Origin: Paramoeba atlantica
Taxonomy: Eukaryota; Protista; Discosea
Length of the DNA stretch: 64,000 bases
Assembly: GCA_977017575.1 (NCBI GenBank)
Contig: CDRNVI010000030.1
Location: 1-64,000 of the forward strand
Reading direction: 5' to 3'
The stretch's first letter is position 1; each line of letters starts with the position of its first letter. A model generated the notes under the pieces. The model was not told the DNA's origin. It made no database searches and saw only the letters and a list, made by a program, of their open reading frames with translations. This document shows positions 10,468-21,633 of the stretch, piece by piece. The position numbers and the translations under genes are program-made.

Positions 10468-11100
10468 CAGGGGGTGGCACTCAAACCTGGGGGGTCTAAA
10501 ATTTGTAAAATTTGCTCAATTTTGTAAAACAATAGCGCTTTGGAGAGCTCTCTCAGAATTGTATGTCTTTGGCTTATTCGGATCGCTCAAATTAAACGAT
10601 TTAATCCGATGATAAAAAATATTATTTTTTTTGATGTGAAAATTCGGCAATTTTTCTTTTTCCCCCCTTTTTATGCCACGAAAGCGAGTTTCAGTACTTG
10701 CGGAGGCACCGCGCGTATGTAGCGATGGACAACGCCCCTGTTCATAACAAGGCACGTGCCAAAGCCCAAGAGAAAGGGTATACCCGGTTGTGGTGGCCAA
10801 CGAAAACGAGCAAAACACAGATCGCCAAAGCACGCTTCGTAGCTTTCGAAAGCGTTGTTCCATCGTTGTCCAGAGAAAAGGCAAGCTTTTTTTAAGGTAA
10901 ATTGAATAAAATGTAAATGACAAATCTCGTTTGGGAGCCATCTGACGATTTGAATTTCTACCCCGTGTGCTAATAGTTTTTTGTAAGACATTTTTGTAAG
11001 ACATGTAACTCTGAGAGAGCTCTCGAATGCGCTATTAGCTTCCAAAATTGGACAGTGTTTACAAATTTTAGACCCCCCCAGGTGCAAGTGCCAACCCCTG
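10468..11100 (+). mobile_element. 633-bp internally deleted derivative of the DD32E Tc1-like family
   Basis: TA|CAGGGGGTGGCACT..CCTGGGGGGTCTAAAA ... TTTTAGACCCCCCCAGG..AGTGCCAACCCCTG|TA; retains RAYVAMDNAPVHNKAR..WWP, homologous to the D2 region of 2268..3505. Confidence 0.85.
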
Positions 11101-11499
11101 TATACTCACACTTCTAGAAGATGAGCCGCAAGACCTTTCTTTGGTCGATGCATGTCTCTTGCGGAGGCAGTTCAACCTGAAGAAGAACCAGGTTTCGAAG
11201 GTATAGAAACTGATTCCAAAAAAACGTTGGTGAAAAGGGACTTTTTTTCCCCCCCCAAAAAAAAATTGTAAAATGTTTTTTGTGGTAGTAATATGTTCTA
11301 CAGTGTTCTACAGACTTTTCCATAATTATTTTTCCCTTGCTAAGCAATAAAACTGAATGAACTTTGATTGTGATGGATGCGAAACGTTTGATTGCGTTAA
11401 TGGTCTAAAGGTCATGGAGTTAGGAAAAGTGAAAGATGCAATAATAAACAAGTGGGCCCGTTGACACGGTCCAACGTATGTATCACCACTTTGCTCGAA

Positions 11500-12010
11500 A
11501 TGTAAAAATCATATCATGGCTTTAATGAAGGAAGGGGGACGCAAGTGCTTCCTATGCCTTTCTCGGTGTAAGAAAAGACTTCCTTTCGAATGCCCGTACA
11601 TACCATCTGGGCGAGGTCAACGATCATCCGTTACTTTTAAGTAACTGATTTTCACCTTGATTGCGATGCATCGAGGGACCACGCGCAAAGCGATATGTGA
11701 AGAAGCAGGTGCTGACCCAAAGACTATTACACGCCTCACTCAAACTTTGGATTATGGAATCGCCTTCGTCGCTTGGCTGGGCATGTCACTTCCCGAAAAC
11801 TGGCGCGATGTCCAGGCCGATGAAGTCGCCGTGTCAAAGCGAAAGTATGAAAGAGGACATCGTGCAAGACGTGGCGGCGTCCAATGGAGTGAAAATGTGT
11901 GCAGGATTGAGGAAATCGATGGTAAAAAGAAAATTACGGACTTCTGTATCTCCCCCCTTCCGAATCGGAAAGCAACAAGTGTAATTCCTGTGATCGACAA
12001 GACCGCCTCG
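11500..12010 (+). pseudogene. Merlin (IS1595/ISXO2-like) transposase remnant 1
   Basis: N-terminal Cys ribbon (CSKC..CFLC), then VQADEVAVSKRKYERGHR..W..PNRKATSVIPVI; truncated before D2/E. Confidence 0.75.
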
Positions 12011-12223
12011 CACAGTTTCTATTTTCTTTCTCTGTGTTTTGTGTTCCGAATCCTCCGAAGTGATGTGATGCGCATTCGTGGTGGTGCGCAACTGTACCGT
12101 TAGGGAGGATGCGCTTTATCGATATTGCATTGACATAAAGGGAAAAAAAGAGAACAACTAAGGATTGTTATTAGATGAACCTTAAGCTTGGCCGTGATAA
12201 TTTGGGTATATACAGTTTGGGTA

Positions 12224-12524
12224 CCGTATACCCCCCCCCGAGTAATAGAATGGGTTTTGGGCCAAAATGGCCGAATCTCTGTTACTAGGGGGGTATGCTT
12301 TTTTGGTGGGAAAAGACCTTTTTTGTTCATGGGTGCGTTGATTTTCTGGCCAGACATCCCCGCAACTACGCCAATCGCTGCCGCGCAACCACCCTCACCC
12401 AGCCCAGCGACCCCCACCCGCTCAAACACCCCCTCCCCCCTCCAACCACCCTCCCGAGCCAAATCTCTGTTACTGGGGGTCAGCCCAAAAATGGCCAAAT
12501 CTCTGTTACTGGGGGGGTATACGG
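12224..12524. mobile_element. CCGTA-terminus MITE, copy 2
   Basis: TA|CCGTATACCCCCCC ... GGGGGGGTATACGG|TA. Confidence 0.85.
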
Positions 12525-13199
12525 TATTTTTATATACAATTTGGGTGTATGTAGATTATATTTGGGTATATATCATACCCTGGACGGTAATTACCTCCTA
12601 TTACCTCCTATTACCACATATTTTAGTCTACAGAGTGACTTCTAAAAAGTCTTACGTTATCCTATCTAATTGTGTTCTAAGTGATACAGGGGGCTTTTTT
12701 CGCTACTAATACAGAGCTTCTGCTTTCTTGTGGTGCAAAATACAATGTTATTGTGCCTCTGGGACCTACGTAAGGGCGTTCGTACCTTTTATCCAACTTT
12801 TTACTATTCCCCATACTTTTTCCCACGCTCGTATACTTTTAATCAAAGTCATAACTGTTAGTTACTTTAAACTGCTCATTAATCAAGTTACTATCCTGAT
12901 ATGACCGGAAGAGGCAGATATTACTCCAAGGTCTCGGAAGCGAGCAGCACGTCGTATTAACAACGAACTGCGCGATGCTGTTAATCAGCGGGTGGCTGAT
13001 GGACCAAGCCAATTAAGCTTGACCACAATGAGAAAGGTCACTGATATTTCAAACAATACGAAGAAAGTTCAGTCTGGGAACGTTGAGGACCCGCTTAAAT
13101 TTGGAGATTTATCCTGTTATTTTTATTACGTCTTGTGTGATTTCAAGAATACTAACAGTACTTCTTCGAAATTGTGCTTTAAGGAAACGGATCATCGTT

Positions 13200-15320
13200 A
13201 GGGATCTGCATCCTTTTTAAAAGATGCCGCTAACCAGAGATGCTACGTTGTGTGTCGAGCTTGCGGCGCTGTTTTTCACGGTCGCTGTAAGCAAACTTAT
13301 TACACTCATAAGAATACCACTTGCAAGTCTCTGAAAGAAAAGGAACTCTCTAATCCGCAGCTAACTGCCTTAAATAAAGGTACGGATGCTTTACCGAGAA
13401 AACATTACCGTGTCTGGGTGCGAAATCTAAGTTATCTACGGAGGCTCTTTTAAAGTTCGTTAAGTCATACGAAGAATCACGCCCGCACGCTCCTCCGGAG
13501 CATATCCTGAGATGTCTTCCTAGTCCAAAGACCTACCATCGCTCAGAAAAGAGCTTGGCCACAGAAATTTGGGATAAAATATACCTGACTGTTTCCGATA
13601 CATCTTTTTTTGGCTTGGCTGTTGACGGCGGCATCGATAACATAAAGCACCAGAATGTGTTGATTAGTGTCTTATACGCAGGAAATCAGTCATTTGTTCT
13701 TCCTCCAATTTATCACAAACGCTACAAGGCATTCAGCGGACTGGAGATTGCAAAAAGTGGACTCGGAGATTCCAAGCTAGGTTTCCAAGCTACGTTAAGA
13801 TTAGAGATTCCAAGCTACGTTACCTTATGGTAGATGGATGTGGTGTCAACCACGTTGCGCGAGCTGCCACAGAGCGTGAACTAAAAGAGCTATATGATCG
13901 AATTTCACCTGTGGGCACAGAGGACACGAGTAATGTATGCAATGGAATCCGTTTGGCCCTCCCTTGCGTTAAGGAGTTATCATGCTTTGGACATATTCTT
14001 AATCTTATAGCGCGAGATTCAATGAACCCCTTTCAAAAACTCCCCGTTATGCGTCTTAGAGATAACTTCAGTCACGTTTTTTGGTCAGGAGGTAGGCCGA
14101 GCGCAAAGAAAGGAAAATACATGGGGCGTGCGATTGAGGAAATATTGAGTTCGGTTGACGAAGAGACAATTGAAGCCATTGACCTGTTTTCTCAATGGTA
14201 CCAAATACTGGGTGACACAACTCTTCCTGTAGAATTTCGGGAATCACATATGTTGGATCTTTGCCGTTCCCTAGAGAAACTTTCTTCGCTTTCTTTGCAG
14301 CCCGTGGGATCGCTGCTTTTGACGTTGCGTGGAACTGACTCTCTCCACGAAAAGGATCCACTAGTTCTGGAAGCACTTGAGCACGCCAAACGTATGAACA
14401 AAATTCCAGCCCCTAAATTGGGAGGGGCTACAAGATGGTGCATTGGACATTTTGAAAGTTTGAAGTACATCGAAGAAAATTTACCAACGATGAAGCCAAC
14501 TCGATGAAGTCATGCCGATGAAGTCAACTCGGGATGTGCATCTGAATCAGTCAAGAAATGTGCCGAAATTATAAGGGATCATGATACTCAAGAGCTCATG
14601 AACCAAGTGCATGAAATATTAACACATTTGAATATTGTTCATAATTCACTAAAGCAATTGTCTGACATGCCAGATGAACCAATGGCCTTAATTCCCTACC
14701 CCATAATACGGGGATTAATAGCAGAAGGAGAGAATACGGATGGCAATACAACGCTATTGGAATCACTGAAGAAGAACAAACAACGACTTGAAAACAAAGC
14801 CTACATGTATTATTGGAAAGGTGTAATGAGTTTTTCTCCGAAACATACACATTGTATATTGTCAAGTCGACATATCCGCGTGGAAGAACGGCCAATTATC
14901 ACTGTCGAAGTTGCTAAGGACCTTTTTCAAAGCGATCAACCTCTTTTTCACATTACAGAGGAGGAGTGGTGTTCGTACACATGTTGCAAAAATTTTCACT
15001 TGAAACCTTTGTTGCATACCTCGGTGTGGAAGTGGTGGGAAGACGTTGGCACCGTCCAGTTTCCAATTTTTTGTGCCGCTCAGCACTATTTGTGGGTCCC
15101 ACCCATAGTCACCGCGTGCGATTCTCTTCTTTCCATAATGGGATGGAAATACAACCCACGTCAGGCTTCTCTGGACAGCGATGTGATCGCCATACAGATG
15201 TTTATTCGCGGTAATTTAAATAAATTGGATTATGTTGGTCCCAGCAGGGTCGAAACAGTACCAGATTTAGATGGTTCGCCTAGTGATACAGATACGAGCG
15301 AATCGGAGCTGAGCATATGA
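13200..15320 (+). pseudogene. hAT transposase pseudogene
   Basis: BED-like CRAC..H..C, FGLAVDG (D1), VDGCGVN (D2), CFGHILNL (CxxH), ATRW, and a hATC-like KWWED..FP..YLWVPP..RQASLDSDVI..QMFIRGN; broken at ~13450-13550, ~13830 and ~14500-14600. Confidence 0.85.
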
Positions 15321-15483
15321 ATTAAAATATCCCTGATAGTTTAACCTTTTTTGGGTCAAACTGAAGCATTATTGCGCCTTTTTTGAAAAAACGTTTTTTT
15401 AATTTTCTATTTTTCGACCGCTACTACTTATTTCTTATGGTTTCGCTTCCAGAAAGCCGAGTCTGCAAACTAATTTGAGGTCT

Positions 15484-15804
15484 TCACACAGTCGTCTTAA
15501 TGGGTAATGGGTTCATTCCGTAAAGAACGTGAAGCACCTGTTTTGCTGTTCGTCGCTTAAATGCAGTAAGAAGAGGTTGTAGGTAGTAGAGTTTTCCTCG
15601 GCATTTTTTCCTCTCAGGGCATATCCAGTGCTCTCCTACAAGGTTGCAAGGGAGAGGAGCATGCTGTTTCGCGCAAGTAACTGCTTTGTACAAGAGTCCA
15701 TGGTTCTTCATCCATTCAACAACGCGAGATTCCTCCTTTGAACTGAGCAGACTATAGGAAAAAGTGTCAGTACACGCGAAATCATTGCAACGAGCGCAGT
15801 TCAT
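15484..15804 (-). pseudogene. Probable Merlin-type transposase N-terminal zinc-ribbon fragment
   Basis: EWMKNHGLL..VTC..H..C.L....WIC....C pattern resembles the N-termini of eukaryotic ISXO2-like transposases. Confidence 0.45.
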
Positions 15805-16561
15805 AGTGAGAAACCGTGAAAAAAGATTGTGTTTTTATTGATTTGAGACACTCTAAAAGAAAACACATTTGTTTTAAATCAATATTTAAAAAACATAAAA
15901 AATATTTTTTATAATGCTTCACTTTCACCCTTTTTTGCTTGTTCGATTCATAGTTTATTTATATTTGAAATTCGATTTTTCAGACGAGCATGATGGCGTG
16001 TCATGTTATGATCGTGATAATAATTTGTCGAAACGTACACATTATATTTAGCAACGTTATATTCAATACATTCAATAACCACATAATAAATACATACATA
16101 ATAACACATACATACATAATAAATACATAAATAATAAATACATGTAGATTTACCTAGGTTTTTTTCCGTCAGTCTATAATTTTCTCATTGTTTTTCCTTT
16201 GTAAACTCATACATGTAAATTTTTAAATTAGTACTTACTATTTGTCACTGCATTGCATTCCATACAATACCTGTAGGTGTTGCTTGTTACAAGACTTGTC
16301 AAAGTACAGTATAGGGGGGCATTATGGAGAAAAGAGGCAAGCGATCTCTAAAGGTAAAGATACCGTTTCTGTAAACATATGGTTTTTTCCTGAATGTAAA
16401 TTTCAGCCCACGTTCTGTCATGGTAATTGGGTAATAGAAAAGTGGTAATTACCACCTATTACCACGCATGTGGTAATTACCACCTATTACCGTCCAGGGT
16501 ATGATATACCCTGTATAGTATGTAGATTATAAATACAGGAACACTGTTCTAAGAAGACCTT

Positions 16562-17065
16562 GTGTCAGACGATTTGTCATACGACAATATTGATGGTGTT
16601 CGTTATATACGAAAAGCCCCTTTTTTTATGAAATGCATTGAGAAGGGGTCAGGTGCAGAATTTTACGCCAAAAAGGCGAGCACCATGATAAGTTCTATTC
16701 TGTTTCTGCTTTCAAGACCTTTTGGCGAAACTAAGGGCTATGGTCTCCCCAGATTAGAGCTGAGGTGCCTCTCGGCGCTCAACCATGATAATGCTTCCCA
16801 AGAAAACTTTCAAGTGGAATTGGGATTTGCCTATGTATATCACAAAGTACAAGGTATAATTGTGAAGAACGGTGTTATTCTTGACTTAAATGATAAGGCG
16901 TGGTCTAAGAGACCGGAACTCGCCAAGCTCACAGTAGCAATATCTAGAGCACAATGCCTCGATGATATTCGAGTGCTCCCTAGCATGGGCATAGATCGCC
17001 CAGGAACACATCTGACTTCAGGTTACCATAGGCCTAAATTTTCATCGGGGCTTGTTTTCGAATGA
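16562..17065 (+). pseudogene. PIF1-family (Helitron-type) helicase C-terminal fragment
   Basis: FQVELGFAYVYHKVQG...VILDL...LTVAISRAQCLDDI matches SF1B motif V (FAxTxHKxQG) and motif VI (YVALSR). Confidence 0.7.
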
Positions 17066-17899
17066 GATAGCATTCGCGGTGCTAGAGCCTTTAAAGTCTT
17101 TTTCTGCTCGCGCTGTGTGCTGCAGTCCCGTCGGAAACGTGGAGATCTTGGGAGGTGATTCGGAATGGCACGCATGTGGGCAAACTGCAGAACCACTTCA
17201 TATTTTCGGAGATACAGTGTATGTACTCGGAGATACAGTGTATGTCGAATTCCGTGCTTGAGCATCTAATCCCCTTTTCTGCTCGGACTGTTTTTGATGT
17301 GTTGCACGAAGATGCGCATAAGAACGAAATTGCCAACGTGCAGCGCAGTCATGTGCCTCATTTGCGTTCAATGTCAAGTTCAATGTCAGGATTCGGAAGG
17401 AGAGAGAGCGCGAGAACAATATAAGACTTGCGGAGCCAAGGAAGTAAGAAAGGCGCAAAATAAGACGCGAATTAGTAAGCTGAAAGCTTAAAAAAAGTTT
17501 GAACAGTACTTTAAAAATTTTATGAGAACCAAAAAAAAGGGCACCCCCCTCAAACACTCTCTATCTGGTCGACAAGCATGCGGTGGGGGGGAATACAATG
17601 GTGCGCTGCGTGGCGCGTCGGGTGTGCTTGTTGGGGCGTTTGAAGAGTAGATGTGTCTACGTTGTAGGGAATTGTGTCTGTTTCATTATGGAAGCAATTC
17701 TAAGACATTAGAATGAAACTATCTTCTTAGGAAGACCTCTCTAGGGGGGAAGCACGCTTGATAGCGGTCACAAGCCCGGCGTCTTCAGCTTTGGCAGAAG
17801 AAGGCTCACGCGGCCCCTAACAAAACACAGGAAACTTTTGAACACAGGTAAGACTCGATTACTTTTAGATTTTCAGCGCTGTGTTTACTCAAATTTTCC

Positions 17900-18224
17900 C
17901 CGACTCACGGATTATTGCGGTGCTCCTTTTTAACAATTTTTTTTTGTCGAACTCCGAAAGCATCTGTTGACAATATTTGATAGTTACAAGGATTATTCTC
18001 CAATTGCTCGTCAAGATTTCCTCCAGTGCTTTCTAAAATTATTCTGTCCCCTTCTTGGTCAATCAAAGGAGGATGTTCGTCTTCGACATGCTCCGGTCAT
18101 GCAGCAGGAGCCTACGATAAATGAATGTGGAATACATGTAGTGAACAATTTATGTTCATTCCTGTTCTATCCTGCCACATTCAGTAGGGTGAATAAATGT
18201 TTTGACCCGAAAGAATCTTTCTAA
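17900..18224 (+). pseudogene. Ulp1/C48-like cysteine protease fragment
   Basis: LLTIFDS (catalytic Asp context) and MQQEPTINECGIHVV (Q-x-N-x-x-[DE]CG nucleophile motif); His region degenerate. Confidence 0.5.
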
Positions 18225-18742
18225 GTCATGGTGGCCGTGCGGACCAGGAATTCCATCACTTCCTGAAAAACAAAGTGCTGACGAAGAAACCGTCGGAGCG
18301 CTCCGTGACTCAGATTCCGATTATGAATATACAACCAATTTGATAGGAAGTGTACAGCTTGAAGGTGCAACCGCGGATGGATGGGAGCTGGCCGAAAAAT
18401 TAATGACGGATACAGATTCCTATCCAAAATAAGTCTGTATGCGCGCTATTATACTCATTTTTACACTGATTTTTTTTGTGTGTTTTTTTCCATGTTTTGT
18501 TCGATGCTTCTACACTTTTTCCCCGCACTAGCTTCTTGTTGCATTAGTACGCGCGCTCTTCTTCGTGTTTCACCATACACGACATTTACTTCATGTGTTA
18601 AAAATATGAGCTGCAACTTACAAATAATAAATTTTAGTAAATATTTGTTCTGCCCTCTCTTACGCCACCCCCCTTAATACTCTCCCCCCCTATCCTAGCG
18701 TTGCCTGGTTTTGGTTAAAAGCAAACTCTTCTTCTTCTAAGT

Positions 18743-18809
18743 TCAACTTAGAAGTCACTCATGCTGCGCTCTTCGCTTTGAAAACTACCACCGCGTTTAA
18801 CGAAGAGCA
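18743..18809. repeat. Partial copy of the 95-bp-core foldback element
   Basis: TCAACTTAGAAGTCACTCATGCTGCG..GAAAACTACCACCGCGTTTAACGAAGAGC. Confidence 0.7.
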
Positions 18810-19199
18810 TAAAAAATAAAATTTAGCCTGGAAAGGTGACGAAAACGGAAACATTATAGCCAAAAATAGCCGATTTTCGGGTAAAAATCGGGCGATGTTT
18901 GGATACTTTTGCTCTCAAAGCACTAAATACGACATTTGCGTGCGGGAAAGCACTCGTAGGCGGGAGTGAAAGCGTACCGAACGTATTGGGTGGAGAATGC
19001 CACTCCAACCACACCATTCTTTCGAGACAAAAAGGCCCCTTGGGGTCCGAAAAATACTTTTTCACCTTTTTTAGTCAAAAATGGGTCATTTTGAGGGGCG
19101 CACCACGCCTCGAAGAAGGGATACCTGGCGAAACCAACTTCCGAGAAATCTAGTACACAGGTCACAAACTCTCAAAATACAACAGGGTAAAAGATTTTG

Positions 19200-19590
19200 G
19201 AAAAATGATTTTTTTGCCATTTTTTTCGCCAAGTTGAATTTCTTTTTAATTTTTTTTCCGAAAAAATCCGAACTTGGCGGACCCGTCCTGCGGATACGCG
19301 GGGGGGTCACCCCCAGGTAGGGGGGTGGAGAATGCGCGCCAAGACCCCGGCTACCCCTTCTGCGGATTATTTTCGAAAAATAATTTTTTTAAAAAAATTT
19401 CTTGCGGTATGCCCCCCACCCCTAGACCCCCCATTTTGTTCAATTTTGGACCACCGGAGCCCCCTTTTATAAATTTTTCTTCTTTTTTTATATTACATTA
19501 TATTACTGTGTTTCTCTTTATATTTTCACCGTTTTTGTTCACTTTTTTTCAATAATCGAGGGTAGAGAGGTAGTTTTACAACCACCGCAA
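19200..19590. repeat. Solo arm of the long-arm foldback family
   Basis: Matches the reverse complement of 30020-30390 (CCGTCCTGCGGATA, GCGCGCCAAGACCCC, CAATAATCGAGGGTAGAG.GGTAGTT). Confidence 0.75.
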
Positions 19591-19644
19591 TACCCTCTTC
19601 ATATTGGAGGATATGTGTGACAAGACATATCCTTTGTTACAGGA

Positions 19645-19732
19645 GGGTCAAATCCTTGTACTGGGGGTCAGCCCAAAAAGGGTCAAATCCTTGTTACTAG
19701 GGGGGGGGGTCTATTGCTGGGGGGGTCTACGG
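19645..19732. repeat. Right-end fragment of the CCGTA MITE
   Basis: ACTGGGGGTCAGCCCAAAAAGGG ... GGGGGTCTACGG|TA. Confidence 0.75.
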
Positions 19733-19870
19733 TACTTGTATCCAGACGGAGGCGGCTCTAAATCTTGTTCCTGATGAGTACAGCACTCCTGGCCTAAAGG
19801 AAGCCTTTACCAAGCACTGCGGAATGAAACGAATGCAGCGGAACGAAACGAAAGCTCTGCGGAATGCGGA

Positions 19871-20851
19871 ATGAAACGAATGGTTCGGCAGGACCTCCTA
19901 GAAGTAATCCTCTTGGCAGTCGAATATGTCAAACAGAACCGAAGAATCAAACAGAATCGAAGAATTCTTGAGACCGCTGCTGGGCACGCTGCCAGTGGTG
20001 TCCGCGGATCCCAAGTCATTAAACGTCTACTTGCGTTGGAAGCCGGAAACTTGTCCTCTAGTGACGTTTCCAATGAAGTTGTTGTTGCGATACGGAATAA
20101 ACTCTGTGCCTTGGAGCAAGAGCTAGTGGTAAAGCATGACACCGCATCCATCCCCGAGGACCGCAAGACAAAAGACAACGAGCGAAAAGACCTCGAGGAG
20201 GTATTTCGTCCCATTATAGGGACTCGAGAGGACCCTCGCTGCGGGACCTTACTGCATCAAAGCTTGTCTCAAAAAGGTTTCAGCACGGGGGCGTGGCTAA
20301 CAGCCGATCTGAAACAAAAGGTAAAGGACGCGGTGGGGTCGCGCCCCGACGTGGTCCACTACGCGAACGTGTTGATGGAAAATCCGGCGGACTCCACTCT
20401 TCCGAATGTCGGAGAAGCAGGTGTTTGCTTAGGATTGTGGACGCTTCTGTGTAAGCCAGGATCCATTTTTCTTGCACGACGTCTTGAGCTTGAAGCAGCT
20501 TCCGTTTTGGCTAACGCTCTCGAAAAATCGATGCTGAATGAGACGGCCGATAAGGGAAACAAAACCATTGTTTCCTATATCGAGAACCAGGCCCGTGCTT
20601 TATCAAAAGTGAATGAGCGAACGAACGGAGGAATGAACCCATCAGTTGGCTCACGGGAAGCTCCTCCACGATACCGAATTCCACACGCTACAGAAAACAC
20701 CTGTCAGACTTGCTTCGATAGAAGGGCCTACATGTTGTGGACCAACGGATCAAATGTGCGATCGGGAGTTACACTGCCGTCATTAAAGATGAAGCGCAGT
20801 CCCGGGCAATATTCAACTTGCGATGAGCTAAGAAGAACTGTGCGAACATAA
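19871..20851 (+). CDS. Unknown 326-aa protein, possibly gag-like; has a decayed paralog at 33127
   Basis: Long ORF with higher GC. The segment GTREDPRC..LLHQSLSQKGFS..WL..VKDAVGSRPDVVHY recurs at 33440-33610. Confidence 0.55.
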   Translation: MKRMVRQDLLEVILLAVEYVKQNRRIKQNRRILETAAGHAASGVRGSQVIKRLLALEAGNLSSSDVSNEVVVAIRNKLCALEQELVVKHDTASIPEDRKTKDNERKDLEEVFRPIIGTREDPRCGTLLHQSLSQKGFSTGAWLTADLKQKVKDAVGSRPDVVHYANVLMENPADSTLPNVGEAGVCLGLWTLLCKPGSIFLARRLELEAASVLANALEKSMLNETADKGNKTIVSYIENQARALSKVNERTNGGMNPSVGSREAPPRYRIPHATENTCQTCFDRRAYMLWTNGSNVRSGVTLPSLKMKRSPGQYSTCDELRRTVRT

Positions 20852-21318
20852 ACGTTCTGTTCAACCTCCTAAGCACGTGTGAGTTAAGGTCAGGGCATCC
20901 GACTGATGTAATGTCAACATAAAAGTAACAAGACGCTAGATTACTCGGGTGAGGATGATCAAGGTCATGCGGATGACACTACCCGGTGTCAGCATAACGA
21001 GGCACTAAATAAGTAGGGTAGCTGTCATTCCTGCAACCTCAGGTCGCAAATGTGAAACCTTAACGTATTCAATGGACACGTAGTGCGTCTACAATGAGTT
21101 ACGTAAAAGAGTCAACACTTATAGACCTTTTATAATCTTTCTCTATCGAATTGTATCTGCATTTATCTTTCCGAAGTATGGTCCATCAGCACAAAATAAT
21201 TCCAACCTCAAATTGGAATCCAGTTGGAGTCCCAAGTATACATGAAGCGATACGATTTCTAATATTTTAGGTTACTTTTTTTGCTTCAATGTTTAGGTAA
21301 ATATTTTATTAAAATATT

Positions 21319-21453
21319 TTATCCTAAAATAATTTTAAGTCGCGTGACTTCGTATTCCAGAGGTAAGGTAGCGCCTCGTATTTTGCGTGGACGCTTGCAC
21401 GTCATCATTTGAGCTGCGCAGCGCAAACAAACTACTGAGAGATTGATTGACAT
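21319..21453 (-). pseudogene. Truncated LRR-family gene: N-terminal motif only
   Basis: MSINLSVVCLRCAAQMMTCKRPRKIRGATLPLEYEVTRL then stop; the motif matches RPGKIRGANLPQEYELTRL of LRR18. Confidence 0.7.
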
Positions 21454-21633
21454 TTTAATAATACTGTAGTACGACCCGCAAACGAATGAAGAGTTTAACA
21501 TTCGTTTTCATGCACAATGGACATTTTAAACAAATGATGGTTTCCCTTCTGTAGATGCCGATCCATAAACGTTGTTTCATAGCTGTTTGTAAATTCACAT
21601 ACATGCGCATGTAGCACGCGTTAAGGAACCGAG

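Larger units (their letters stand above)
12574..16503 (+). mobile_element. ~3.9-kb hAT-superfamily transposon
   Basis: Perfect inverted termini CATACCCTGGACGGTAAT / ATTACCGTCCAGGGTATG with ATTACC(T/A)CCT subterminal repeats, enclosing a hAT transposase pseudogene. Confidence 0.8.

Noticed and set aside
17742-17822. Cloverleaf-like fold considered as a tRNA or SINE
   Set aside because: No TTCGA T-loop/B box and wrong arm lengths.
19765-19860. CTGATGAG with downstream GAAAC, suggesting a hammerhead ribozyme
   Set aside because: No stem II closing directly onto GAAA and no matching stems I/III.
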